From: Phoronis australis
Taxonomy: Eukaryota > Animalia > Phoronida
Assembly: GCA_002633005.1 (NCBI GenBank)
Contig: NMRA01000176.1
Location: 580,901-644,900 of the forward strand
Direction: 5' to 3'
DNA: 64,000 nucleotides
This document shows, piece by piece, positions 13,425 through 28,140 of the stretch (positions within the stretch are counted from its first letter, which is position 1; every line of letters begins with the position of its first letter). Below the pieces are notes generated by a model that was given only the letters and a program-made list of their open reading frames with translations, ran no database searches and was not told where the DNA came from. Both the position numbers and the translations under genes were made by a program.

Positions 13425-15636
13425 CTAAAACAGAGAATCGCTATAGTAACTGCAGGGTTGATGACACCCACGACCACCAGGGGGCACAAGAAGTAACAAA
13501 CTAACATATGATTGACTTGGGAGAGTTCCTGTTACTTCTCACCAATGTGTACGGCGAGACTGGCATTCGAAAAGTTAAAGTTTTGTCTGTGCCATTGTGG
13601 TTCTATTGGTTGAGGTAGGCCCTTTTTATTCGACATTAATGACTTATTTTCTTTCTTTATTTCTTGATTATTCTCAACAAAATGAATTCAATTTAAATTG
13701 CAATTTAACAAGTGCTCCCATTCTGCCACCACATGAGGCACTATGTCATTTCTCACACATGTTGTTAACTTTACATCTTCACTAAGCGTTTCACTAAGAG
13801 CAATACTTATCCTATGACTTGCCAAATAAAATTTGTTTTCATTTCTTGTAACCATGGTAATGTATGCTTCCCAAACACAAGACCAACAAGTACCAGTCAC
13901 AACTACATATTTGTCAGTTTTGCACAAACATCACTACTCATCAACAATACATGCTGTAACGGCAATGAAAGGCTTTCTAATTAGAACCAAATTATCTCCC
14001 ATGTAATGAGATAAGTAATTAACAAGCTGTACCATGTTCGTCATTAGTGAAACCATTCCTACATTGTTTATTAAGACTCAGGTGTACGTGTTGAAAGAAA
14101 CCGCGAACACTGATTACATAATATAGGCTCAAACTTTGCCCAATCACGTTTGCAAAGGATGAAAATTCCAATCAGCAATTACTGTGTAACAGTTTCCTTT
14201 CAAAATATTCTACACAACAGAACATCTGATTAATTACGAGAATTTTAGCATGCAAGCATTGAAACTGCTGAAATGTGACAGGATACAAGTTGAAGCCAGA
14301 CAACCAGTTTAAAAATTGACACTTTTCCGCAATCATCAAGATGAAAAATGTAAAATGCTTTCTTTTGAAAGAAGATGCAGTTGACGGATGATAACTGTTG
14401 GACTCCTCTAAATCGCCATGGCAACTCCTCAGCATTTCAGGATCTAATTACCTACTCCTGCAGTAAAGGTTCTATAATTTCTTGGTTAAGAATAGAACGT
14501 TTCTTTGTCCGTGTTCATAACACAGAAATTTTTTTAAATCTTTGTTAGCAAGGTTTCACTTGCACTATGTAGTGCACCAAAAAACATTTGGTGAAATTTC
14601 AAAAAATCACAACTTTCTCCAAAAACCAAAAAATGTTAATTTTAGAAATTCATTGTGTCAGACAATAAAGAAATCCACCCTATGGATCTCAGGTAAAAAT
14701 TACCGAAGAGCAACTTTGCACTGACAATAACTTCATACAACCAGCATAGAATGAATCTAGATATCAGCAGACAACCCATTGTTACCTGACAGGTGAGGCA
14801 GGCTGTTGAACAAAGGCGTTACACCCAGGTGAGAACAACAGGATGAGCAGAGAGAACAAGGGTCAAATCAATAATGGACAGTGTCTCCTAAGTGACCCGT
14901 GAACTGGTTACACAGCATAAATCTGCTTGCTGTACACTTTAAGAACTGGTTATCATGAACCACTTGTCCAGTGACAATACAAATTTTCGACGTGGTTGTA
15001 AACTGAAATGACGTTATTTCAAATAATTATATTTAAGTTGAGCTAGTGCAACAAAAACTTGTTCTTCTGAAGACCGTATTTTGATTTCAAGGTTTTTAAA
15101 TTATCAGAAACAACAAATTCATGTTGGTAAACAATAAATTGGAAGTCGTCTTGTAATGGCAAATAAATTTCACAGGTCACATTTTTGGTACACTAACTCG
15201 TTACTTCCATTGAGAGCGCTACTTGTATGACTTGGATAGACTGAATAACCACATTTTAATGTATAACAAACAAGTACTAAAAGGCAGTTGTCCTGAACAA
15301 ACAAATAGAAAGTGTTGTGATTCTTCAACCAATCTAGTTTAAAAACATGGTTTACATGATTTAATTTCCATTGGATCTACTAAAAGTGTAATATTTCTTT
15401 TAAGCATTCAATGCCATAGGCTCAAAGCACAGTTCCTAACAAAACAGTAATAAACTAGAGGCATATTTACAAACATTTCTTAATCCAATTGTTCTCTTGC
15501 AAAAACACAATAAATAAAGCTTAAAATAAACACCTTTGCCAGTTTTCAATACAACATTGGGATTGCCATCCAGTCTTCTTTTAATCAACAACATTGTTCA
15601 TTTAGATTTAAGCAACAGATTCAAGCTGACCAAATA

Positions 15637-17034
15637 CACGGGTGAGAAACAACATGACCGCCGGTCCTCTAAACAGGACCTCCGGGGATCAAATGGGACC
15701 GCCGCACCAGAAAATGGGACTGACGCACCCAAAAACATGACCGCCCCACCACAAAACAGGACCGCCGGGGACTAAAACCGCAATAACTAACAGGCTAAGA
15801 TTTATTACCGTTAGGCCTACACAGATCATACAATGGGGCTATATACGTATGCATATGCAGGTCTTGTGCCGATTAATCCACCGAAATCTTTTGTGAGCAA
15901 CAAAGGACACTTCGCTTTGTAATACGCGGCGCTTTTGAGTTTTACTCATCACCAGGCTCCCGGCTGCGGTATGTGACTTATAAACAGTTGAAAGGTCAAC
16001 ATTTAATAAATCTAACACAAAACAACCTCGTTGTACGCTTTTGAGCTAAATAATTATAATTTTATCCACTGCATAAGTTTTAGAACAAAATGAAAATCAT
16101 TTTCTCCAATTTGACGTTTAAAGTTAGTCAAGTAAAAAAACGGACGTTCTGGTTCTCGGGTGAAGCATCATCATACTAGCTGCCTTTGTGCGGCAAAGCT
16201 GTACATTAAATGTACAGCTTTGCGCCGATGTGGGTAAAAAACTGAACATGTAAAATCTTTACCCGGCGAATTTTTTTTAACGACACTCTTCCTTGAGTAA
16301 ACTAAATTATTTCATCGGCGCTCGAGAGAAATTGTCGTTCTGTCGTTATTCTGCGTTCTCTTAAGTCGGCTTACATTGGCCGGTTCCTTTTCCCCCGATT
16401 CTTCAGTCAACTGTCCTTCTACAAGGTTGCGTACCTGGCACAACAAATTATCGAAACTGGTTTCATTTCGTTATAAGTTTTCAGTACTTTAATACCAGCA
16501 AACCGAATTTCATAACAAACCTTGTTGCCGCCAAGAAGTCATCATCTTTCGAAAGATGTCTCAAAATTTTTCTGAGGAAATGGCGCGTGCACATGTCACT
16601 TATTATTACAACAGTTCATTAGATTGTTTTTCACTCAAGCGGTTGCAAACTGCAAGGTGAGTGTTGGTTGACGCCTAGATTTTGCATGCGCCTGCATCGG
16701 TCGCGCGCTCTACTACATGTTGATGTAAGTTCCACGACGAGGTGACGAGCAGAACTACCCGGGCTGTGGGCAATGTCGGGGATGTAACGGAGCTCAATAA
16801 CGCAAGGCTGTCAAGCTTTATTTTGGCGATAGTCTTTACACAGCTATCTGACCGGTTACGTCATAACCCGCAGTATCACACAAAGGCCTTAACTACTCAG
16901 TCCCCGGCGGTCCTGTTTTGTGGTGGGGCGGTCATGTTTTTAGGTGCGTCAGTCCTGTTTTGTGGTGGGACGGTCATGTTTTTAGGTGCGTCAGTCCTGT
17001 TTGGGTGAGTCGGTCATGTTGTTTCTCACCCGTG
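15637..17034. mobile_element. Non-autonomous CAC...GTG DNA transposon with 5-bp TSD (Transib/Chapaev/CMC-group-like)
   Basis: Perfect 24-bp TIR CACGGGTGAGAAACAACATGACCG, ~135-bp subterminal arms built of ~20-bp repeats, and flanking AAATA/AAATA (15632-15636, 17035-17039). Confidence 0.85.
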
Positions 17035-18461
17035 AAATAGGGATCAAATATAATTTACTACACAGTTGATGTTAAGGATGACACAGGATAACTAGCAAGG
17101 CCTCACCACAAGGATCACTAAACATCAATCAATTCTGCTTATGACAGTATAACTGATTCTAAGCTTATAAGAATTACTTCAACTTTCTAATGCCCAATTT
17201 GGTACACTCGCACTGGGCATTTTACAACAGAGTGAGTGGACAATATTACTTGCCAATTGCCATACATGACCTGTTTCATGAAAGAGATCAGTCCTACTAC
17301 TGCAATTATCCAGGTTAAATTAAAAAACAGGGCAACTTCAATAGTGGCTGTTCAACCAAACATAAGGGATAGGCGTTCAAAATTAAAATTGTAAAAAATT
17401 CTCGGGAGAAGTCAGGTTTCCTAGTCAACCATGTGCGGTGACCGGTATGATTGCAGTAACAATGGCTAGAGTGGTTCAGGCAATACCCCACAGGTGAAAA
17501 CAAGTGATTTAACCAGGTTACGTATGTTTTTAGAGGCCCTGGATTTCAAAGAAGTCCATTTGTATGCAAACAAAGATTTCCATTTTTTCCTATTTTATGA
17601 CTTATTTAAATCCATTTTATTACTATAACTTCAAAGTAGTAAACAACATAAAAATGATCTGGAATGTCAGAGCTATGTCGCAGCTCTCTTTTACTGATAA
17701 CTTGCTGCACACCATGTTTTGTTTCTCAAGGCTGGAAAAAGAACAGCACCACCTTTAGGAAGGATGTACAACTTGCACGTCTCCAGCGAAATGAACATTG
17801 ACAGATTCGTGGCCACGATAATCAAAGTTAATGGATTAAATCCATAAGGCAATTTCACTGTTAAGAATTCAGATGCGGTCAAGAATTTTTTCCATCCCAG
17901 CCGAGTGGGTGAGCCGGCCACTAAGAATGACAAAAAATCTCGAGAACATAAAAATTTCGAAACTCCGATTGACGCATCTTATTTCTTCACATAAATTAGA
18001 TCGACTAACAGCCCAGACTTAACTATCAATTTAGTAATTGCCGACAAAGGATGAGCCACTACTGAATAGCCTATTCATTCAAATTGATGATAACAGCCTA
18101 TTACTTGTAGTCCCTGAAATCCATAGAATCGCATCACTGCCAATTTACGCCATGTACCTCAAGGTTAGGTATATAAGCCGTGTGTGTGATATTTTTATGC
18201 ACGAATAGCTGCCCAAAAATGTCACACATATGACTACCATGGGGTAAATTTAATTGTCAAAAATGAATAACTAAAAAGTTTATGCACAAGATTTACATAT
18301 ACGCAGTACAACCATACACCAAGTCTTGCAGTATCATGAATAAACGAATCCAATGGCATGCTTCTTTGTTCAACGTAGCAGCTGTTCGCTGATACACAGT
18401 GACCATATTAGGTTCAAATAACCATTACTAAAAAAACAGCGTGTAAACCTGCAACAGTTAC

Positions 18462-18542
18462 CTCGTGGTATATAGAAGCCATGCCCAGACTAGGAATTCT
18501 GTAAGTTTCGATCTTTGGACTACCATCATCATTCACAACTTC
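18462..18542 (-). CDS. FAM126A: Hyccin coding exon 5
   Basis: ttcag|GAA...GAG|gtaact; translates EVVNDDGSPKIETYRIPSLGMASIYHE. Confidence 0.94.
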
Positions 18543-21500
18543 CTGAAAGGAAAGCAGATAGTAAACATAAGATGTCTATGAAAACATGACTCTGGCCATT
18601 TCACCATGCTCACTCTTAACATCATCAAGCTTGTACCTAAACGATACTCACTTCTTACATAACAGACCTGGCAAGTTGCATTGGAGGTTGTATGCTCAGT
18701 AGCAGGTAAGAGGGTGGTACGCACAGGATTGTGACATCATGTCATTTAACGTATTATAAATAAAACATTGCGAAGATGACGCATGTTGAAATTTATCTTG
18801 CAAAATTCCGACGTCAATCTCCTATTATGTATGTATGTACAAAAACCATTGCCATCATTTGGCTCTGCGCACATTTACAGCTTATGGTAAGGACTCTCTA
18901 CTTTGGGAAAAGTGAAAAGTGAATTATTTTGCTCAAGGTAGATCAACTTGCATCAAAATCATTCAACAGCAAAAATCATTCACCGCCATGTTAAACACTA
19001 AATGTATACAAAACACTTTTGTGTTGTAGGTTATTTTCAATAATTATACAAACTGCCTGAGTCTATTTTCAGACTCTGTCACTACAAAATGTAGTGTCTG
19101 GCATTTGAAAAAAAATGAGGCAGATCAAAATCACTCATGTCCTTGACTTCAGAAAGAAGAAACTTCAGTTTAGCTTGAATTTTGGGGTCTCAAAGTTAAG
19201 AGACTGTTCCAAACTAAATAATTTTCACCGTAATGTACTTTCAAAGCTGATTAAACTGATTAAAATACTTTCACTATGTCATCAATGTCTACACATGATG
19301 TCCTGCATAAATCTGCTTTAAACCTAGACATAGAAGTACAAATGCATGCCCACAAACAGTGGTGAACAGGTTGCCAAGTAACTGTTGCTAACGGTGACCT
19401 CTGCGCATCAGTGGTACAACTGCTGATAGAATTCAGAGCCGTACCAGCAATTAAACACTGACGCACAGCGGTGCCCATCTTCTGGAGCCATCAGCTATGT
19501 CGACGCCATCTGGTGCCGTGTAAATGTAGTTGACCGAGAGTAATCAGACAAAATAATGCTTCTCTGTCATCATGGCCAATTCTGCTTGTGACGAAAATCA
19601 TTGATAATCACTCACCACTGTGACAAATTCTTATCTATAACACAATGCTTTTACATTGTTGTGTTTCTAGTAAATTCCTTGATGTTTTGGTCAAGAAGAA
19701 AGAGGAATGAATTTTGCTTCCACCCAGGCATCATAAGGTGCTTGTCACTTTGTAAGATTGCTACTGACGTGTGATGTAGGAAAAACATGTCCTTTGACAC
19801 ACAACCTTTCCAAGATAAAACTATACACTACGATTGCTATGACTTAAATTCATTAACAAAATGTACCCAGAAGAGGTTATTGTCACATTACGCACAAACC
19901 AATTTCAATTACTCTCTGTCTGTCTGGCCATTTGGTAATGAAAATTCGCATCAATTCGTCAAACTGCAGATAGTAAATGCAATGCAGCAATGAGCCGCCA
20001 GTTTGTCCTTCAACTAATACCTGTGCGAATTATTGCTAAATGGTTACCATGGCAATTGTCCACACGGACTATATTGTACATGACCACAAATCTTGCTAGT
20101 GGTAATTTTCTAACTGAAATTGCATTTTGCAAACGCCGGCGCAGATGCTATATTGCACCATGTTCAATACAATACTTATTATGGGTGGGGGGGGTGAGGG
20201 GGACTCATGTTTGCCTTAACAACTGAATTAATAATTCAGAATGCCGCACTTCTGTCAGTGAGGCTGTGCTATGCATAACTCTAGTGTCATTCCCTGCACG
20301 TGAAAATTGGTGAAAATAGTTACGTGTACTATTCAAGCAATTTTTTGCAAGGAAAAATTAGAGTATTCGGTCACGAATTTGCCAGGATTCCGGGTTCCAC
20401 CAAATTTCAAGAGATTAGTACCGTGAAGAATTATTCATGACCTACGCTGTTTGTTGATTAATTAATTATCTGTTGGTCAATGAAAAACGATCATTCACCT
20501 TGATGTTATAAAGATTGAAATTTGAGAAATATGATGGACATAAAAATTGACTGCGTCCAAATCTTTAGAATCAAGTAAATTCAATTTTGCTAGAGTTTAC
20601 ATGTTCAAATCTTAGAGACCATTCTAAACTGGGTAATTTTTACCATAAGAGGAAACTAAAGTTCATTAGAACAACAGCAAACGAGGTGTAGATAGATGGT
20701 ATAATCTCATAACTAATCCAAATGAAACATACCCCCTGGCAAAAGAGCAATTGTCTTGCATTTAGTAGTGGGATTAACAGTTAATGTACTGAACTCTTAA
20801 GATTAGCTTTTCATGATCCCAGTCAACTGCTCTCTGAGACTTTGATGATACTATCTTGTACTACAGTACTTATCATCACCGGGTTAATAACTACACAAGG
20901 TGAAATCTCAATTTCTATACATCACAGGCAATTCTATTTTCTATTTTTTTATAAAAGAATTCAAAAGTAATGCCTAACGGATATTGTACAAACTCATACG
21001 ACACAACTAAAATGCAAACAACAAAAAATGACTTCTAATAAAAGTCATTCCTGAGAACAAATAATTTAATCAATATAATTATCTTAAAAAATATCTTAAG
21101 ACAGGTTTGGGACAAAATCTGATCACAAAATACGATTATGATACAAACACCAGCCCCAGGTTAAATCCTCTGGAAACTTGACTTCAACACTGAGCAATTG
21201 CATAGCATGTATCAAGTAAACTTACAAAGTTGTACTCCAATCATGTTCATTGCTTATGATATGAGTTCCAGGATTAGATCCTGGACCATTGAGAGTAACA
21301 ATAGAAAAAAGGCAAAATATGAAAGTTCATGTCCCTTACTTTATCATACTGAACATCTGAACATTGAAAAGGCTTTGCCTAAAATCAACGAAAATCACCA
21401 TTGTCCTTTCCTTACTACTCTGGGTGTGACATAGCAGACATTCAATGAAGTTCACAAAAGAAAAAATGAACTTGATATTATATATATATTACAATGCTAT

Positions 21501-24500
21501 TCCTAATCTACTGGGGCAACATGTTGACATAGTTGCTAGGAGGACCTTTCCAAAATGTGTCCTCAATTCCTCTAGGTCCTGCTTCATTAAACAAATCCGG
21601 TCTTAGCTAAGATTGGACCTAACTTTTACTGTAATTTGAATGCGGTCATTTGGTGTGAATGATATGAAACATTATAAAGTTTAAACTTTCGCTCTAACAA
21701 AAAACGCAGTATCGTGCTTGGAATAACATACCTAGCAGTCTGTGTAGCTACGACTGGACATACGATCTTTGATAAAATAGAGTCCTGATCTGAGTAAAAC
21801 TTCAAAATGATGAAATGAACAAAGTGACATAGAGGCAGATTCAGTTCATGGGATAGAAGGGACTTCTATTATTTGTTTTCAATTTTGAACTAACATCAAA
21901 AAATCATTTTAGCACTCACGTGAAGAGAGGAGATAAGTTAGCATGGTTGAGCAAATTTAGTTTGAACCAAACCTTTCATATTGCGCTTACGTAATCGGAC
22001 AAACTTTGGTAGGCTCACTAGTCTGGTCTTTTCAAGCCTACTAACTTAAGTACCATATTTAATCACCTTATCCATTGGGACTAAAATTCTTGTAGTTGAG
22101 AAAGACTGTTAGTCTGTGATACAAACTGTGTAAAGCCAAAGGACCTTCTGGTGACAATGGCTGTTCCATAACAAAAGGGGGACAAAAGGAGAAAGGGCCA
22201 ATGTAACAACAGCTGAGTTAGGACCTCCTCTATGACACCACCAAGACAATGGATATCCAGCTACACACAGGGGAGTTGGAGGCTTTGGTCAAGTCTAACA
22301 CATTGTTATATAACATGGTCTTCTTTCCTGGGAATAAGGGGCTAATTAACAGCAGGAGAATGTGAACTGTCTTAAGAAGACAAGGCATGTTATCACATGT
22401 TTGATGGTGCATTACAATCTGCGAGAGATAAGTTGTCATCATGTACTTAATGCCTGATCAGCCTGATTAGTAATCATGGTTGGTGACGAACAAAGGTGGT
22501 TAGAACATGCTTAATTAGTCGGCCATTATCTGGGGCTCATCACCAGTTTCATTGCAGGGGATCAGGTGTTAGTTTTCATTGCCCATGAGACTAAGAAATT
22601 GATGTTTGTCACAGTGCCGCAAGGGCCTATGTGTTGACGATTTGTGGGAAAACTGGCAACAAATTTCAGCTAGAAATGCAAGTCAGTTGAAAAGTGCAAA
22701 GAGGTTGACTACAACAGGAGAAAGCAGCACGTTTTAAAACATTAAGCTTTGAAAAAGTTGTTTAAAAATTTGTGAAGGTAATCCGAAGAAATTAACCATA
22801 ACTTATTGGTCAACAAATTTTGCTCTTATATCAATTCTTCAGTGATAAAATTTGCTATTTTAACAAAACACTTTAGTTAATATTGATAATTCCAAAAAGC
22901 AAAAAGTTAAGGTAATATTTCATTACCCCAAAAATGTGTGTTCACGCATAAGATTATCTATGCGCTCGATAATTTTTGTACTCGAAGATGTTGATTTCAG
23001 TTCATTACAGCGACTTTGGGCACCGAATTGATTTCCCGTCTCTCGAGATTTCACGGCCGTGCCATTTAAGTATCAACTCTCAGTCAAGGACACTTGAACT
23101 GAGACATGTCCCATTTGGGGATTATCGCACAAGGTGTGAAATCATTTACTGACTGGCATGTACTAATTTCAAGTCTGACTCAACTAAATGTTCAGGAGTA
23201 AGACCAGGTATAACAGTCATTACAAGCTTGCAAAGAAAAATATCAAGAAACAATTTGATCATTACAAGTCCATTTCAGCATGTCTTGAATCTGAAATGGC
23301 ATTGTGCCACATGGATAGTATAGTGCTATATTAGCACGGAGGCAACTTATCACATGCATTATGGGGATCAAGTTGTTTTACCAAAATCTAATCAACCAAC
23401 ACAATTTAAAAAAACTGGCAAGACCCATTCATATGATTACCAAAATCTGCAAACAGATTTGGACGAACAGTCAGACTTACATTTTTTGAAAGTGGTTTTG
23501 GTCATGGTTACTCAGACTCTGTTTAAAGTGCACAATTTTCAATTCCAATGTAACAAGACAAACCGAACATGAGTTAATTGCTTTGTATAGCTTGCTTGTA
23601 CAGGACTATTTCACAACAAGTACAAAGGCATGGTATCACCAATTTCAGATTTCAAATTACATTTTGTCATTGTTTCAGTTCATCTAACAATTTCATGAAC
23701 TGTCAAAATTTTGCACAACGTTGTCTTTTGGTAGCTGTGGTCCACAACTTAAACAGGACAGAGCATTATTTTGGGGCTACATATTTTTTATGAAAAAACC
23801 AGAAAAGAAAATTTCAGTTGCCTGCCACAGTCAGCTAAATAGACTTAGCACAAAAGGACGCCTGTCTTTATGAACGGACGTGTTAGGAGAATTTTAGCTC
23901 GAGCACTAGCTTACATACCTTTCAGTAACAGACGGCCACAGTATCAAGGACGCCTTACCTTATTAAGGTGGGATAATTCGTAATTTCCTATTGTCTTATA
24001 TTTGAATCCAAAACGCGACTCTCGACTTCTGAACAATTTTGTTTGCTAAATACCCATAGTTTGCTGATTGACCATCACGACTTTTGAGATCCCAATTCAA
24101 GCGAATTGGTGTTAACTTTTAACAAATACCTGCATGCAGTTTGGTACATGTTGTACCAGATGTGCACAGGCTACACAGGTCGTCCCATTGTACTTACATT
24201 GCCTGGAATCATTTGCAGGCATTGTTAAATATACACAGTATAGTTAGAAGAGAGCTTAGTAGCCAAAGACCTGACAAAGGTTTTACAGTTTGCCCCAGTG
24301 GGATGCGAACCCTGGCGACCTTCTAGGACACACTGCCTCCTCAATAGGTGTCAAACTGGACAACTATAGTACAGCTTTATTTCTGTATAAATGACCGATG
24401 ACTCAATAAGTGAAAAAATCTGTGCTTAAACAATTAACCAAGGAGTAGAAACAAGAATTTACCATACCTACACAACGACTCCGTCATTTCGCATAGCCTT

Positions 24501-25164
24501 AATAGCAAACAGTTGCCATCCTGCCAAGCATAGTTGCCAAAATCAAATGTTGATTTATGACTGCAGTACAATAGAATGTGCATAGGGATCAACAAATTAT
24601 TACCTTCTTGTTGTTTTGCTGGTACAAAAATTTTACAGAACGAAACTCTGGTTTTGCATTCGTAATGTCTTCTAAATTGAAAAATCTGTCTATCGGTTCA
24701 TGAAGAAACCACAGGGGACAGAATATCGATTTGTTCATTAGACAAGAGTTTTGTTCGTTGTTCCAAATTGATCAGCAGGTGTTTCCAAGAGTGCAGATTA
24801 TTGCTAGAAATGCCTCTGTGACCAGAGTGACACAATAGGAAGATAGCTGTGGACTCCCTAGCACTAAACTCAAGTCAGCTCATATGTCGCTTTTCTTTTA
24901 CACCAATTTTAGTTTTTAAAGCTACTACGATAAAATTTCGCACAAAAATAATTGCCAAATTTGGTCTTTTTCAATGTTTTTAAATGTTTTAACTTTATTG
25001 CAAATATCCATAATTTCTAAAAACATTGTCTGATAGCAGATTTGGTATAGAATTTCAAAATGATAAAAGCATTTATTTGGTACTACTTCTCTAAATTGGA
25101 GGGATTTTACCGTGATATGAAAACCAAGATCAACAAATGGATACTGCTGCATAAGTCCTACTAT

Positions 25165-25230
25165 TTTTGTTATTACTGTTATTATTAATATCATTATTAT
25201 AATTATTAATATTATTGTTAAGTATTACTA
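25165..25230. repeat. Imperfect (TTA)n microsatellite
   Basis: ttgttattactgttattattaatatcattattataattattaatattattg. Confidence 0.6.
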
Positions 25231-28140
25231 TCTTAATTAAAACCATATGTACATATTGCCAAACATAATGCACTTCACAATGTATTGGTTGAGAAAATTC
25301 AGAGACCAACAAAATGCTAAATTGAAATTACGAGAAAATTGTTGCTAAAAGTCTTTTTAACTGACAAACATTGTTCCAGAGCATAAAAAGACTTATGACC
25401 TCTGTGAACAACTTTGCAGCCAATCTAATATGAGCTTACACATAGTAGCGGCTACCAAAGGGTTATCAAAGAATGAGTCTGGTTTTTAATAGTAATCACC
25501 ATGTTTACAGCTGTGCTTGGCAGTTTAATAACATTCCATTGCAATGTGCACATTTACCGAAAATTAAATTAAAGTGTTGTTTAACATTTTTTGATTAGTT
25601 TTCGTAACTTAAATTTTTTAAGAACAATTTATGTTCTGAAAAAGGCTGAATACGTTTAATAACTAAAATAGCAATACAAGTAACGTAACAATTTTAATAG
25701 TTATTCTCATCACTATTAACTTTTAAGTTGACATAACTCGATTTTTCAATACTAACTTTGTTATTTCAAATTCAAGAAATACACAGATTTTCAATTAAGT
25801 TAAAACTAAGTACAGAAAATGCCATGCTTACCTCACAAGAAACCTCAGCCAGAACATAATAACACATCTATACCATGACAACCTCTCCAATGACAACTAA
25901 CCTGCCATCTTCCCTTTATATGCATGGTTCGCCGAAGAAAATCAATGAAACATTAATAATATGGGAGGAGTCCATTACCATGGCCAAGGGTGGAAAGGTA
26001 GCGGACACCTGAGACCAAAACTCTTTTTATTTATTCAGTGAACCAGTGTGTCATATATCTAACACATACAAAAGTGAAACTTGTTACTGGGTCAAAAAGT
26101 ATAGCTTATTCTGTTCTGAGCTTTTCTAAAAATTGAATAGGAAACACGTTTTTGTAGTTGCTCGTTTCAAGAAGGAAATCCACCCAAGAAGAAAATAATA
26201 CAGGATTTTTTTACACATAGCTTGGCAAATCACGCCTTTCAAACCTAGCTTACCCTTGCTTACGTGCCTTCGTACAGCTTTTCAAATAAAAACACAAAAC
26301 CTTGGTTGAAACTGATGCTGGCAGGATTTTCTTAAACTCATGATTAAAAACGGAACCATAAAATGATTTTCTGGCCTAAATAGTGACAAGTTAATCTTTG
26401 TTCATATTTTTTCTGGCCTTAATAGTGAAAGGTAAATCTTTATTTTCAATTAAAAATGGCTACAAATACAGTCAGTGAGGCTTCACAAGAACCGCATTAA
26501 GAACATTTTCCCAGCACCAAGGACCGTCAGCCATTTTGAGTGATTTTGTGTTGATTAAGGCGTGATCACATTTCACGTGGTGAAAACTTTAACAAAGGTA
26601 ACGCTGCTCGTTAATGGATCGACGAACATCTACCTAATGTGGCCGAATCAGTGTGGTCCCAGGTGGGCATGTATTTACCTTGGTTAATTGTCACAGCGCA
26701 GAGATCAATCTCATTAGTCGAAGTCAATCAATACTGGAGCGATTTACCAAGGGCTGCTTTGAACCCGTTGACGAGTGCACGGTGAGAATGGAGTAATTAA
26801 CAGCAGAATGTCATCATCCTTCATATAGGGATCTTTACAACTTGAAATACAGTGTCACAACTGGCAAGTGATCGTCCTTCCCGCAGCGCACTCGACAAGA
26901 TTTTTGTGGGAGGGAGTGCAGCTGGAGAATTAGGAGGACCATCCAACAAGACAGTTGACTCGACAAAGAGATTCAATATTGAGGAGCCGATAATGTCCCC
27001 CTTTCGTAAGATATTGTTCCAGAAACCGCACAGCACAATTTTCTAGGGGTTACTTGCATAAACGTAATCCTTCCTCAAGAACTGTACTTTAAGAATCCCT
27101 GTTGTCATTTGTAAAAAAAAAGTTTTTAAAGTGTATACGACATCAAAAACCTTTTTGTGGATTTATGTCATTGTCAAAAGAATATTCGAATTTCAAATAA
27201 ATTAAGATTGAAACCACTTTTATGGGGAATTTCTTCTGAAAGGGCATCCTTACATTGGAAATTTTGTAAGAAATTGGCTGTGAAAAAGCACACTGTCTTC
27301 TAAGCGGCCCTCCAATGTACCTCTTCTCTGAGAGTATCCAGCGGGTAATGTACTTAATCGATGTTTCACAATTTCCTGAAGGAGCTAAGAACTGGGGTGC
27401 ATGAAGATCACTCGTGAATTATACATTGAGTCAGTTAACACATTACATAAATAGTAATAAAAGTCCTGTTAAACTTGCCTAAAAACAAAAAACTGAATTA
27501 GATCTTCATGAAGTCAGTCTTATAATGATATTCATTACCGTAAAAGGAATCGTTTCCGCTACCTGCAAAACATCGAAACCAATCAGCAACTCAAGCCAGC
27601 ATGACCTGGACAAGTACGCTTAGAACACAAAATGGTGGAATAATCAAAATTTATTTCATCAAATATCCCAACAAAAGAAAATACTCTTATGTCATTCTCA
27701 GTGCTTTGTATAGACTGTTGTAGTCATCCAACATGTAGTGAAATCTGAGCATTTTTACCAGTTGCAGTAAGCTACTGAAAAATGTAAAAACAACTTTTGA
27801 TAGCGAGAATTAACATCTGTTTGTCGCACTTAAGTCGAGACTGACTCAGAAAAAATCGACAAAAATATTGGACAACGTCAGGTGTTTGTCACAGCATTGA
27901 TTATAGTAAATGGACCGCCAACTCCGTATACTTTCAATGGATGAAATCTGTGATTTTACGCACAAGCCCTTACGTCATTATTCACTGGCGACACCTGGCT
28001 AAATTTTTTGGTGCAATTTCCGGCAAGTACGTTGTCTGCTAATCATGGTCGGCTGCTGTGTGGCCGGTAGTGCAAAATGCAAAGGCGTTAGCTTCCATAC
28101 CCTCCAAAGACCCCATAATCGGCTATGGGAAGAAAAGCTT

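Noticed and set aside
26168-27240. Weak inverted ends suggesting another TIR element
   Set aside because: The match is short and gapped, with no TSD.
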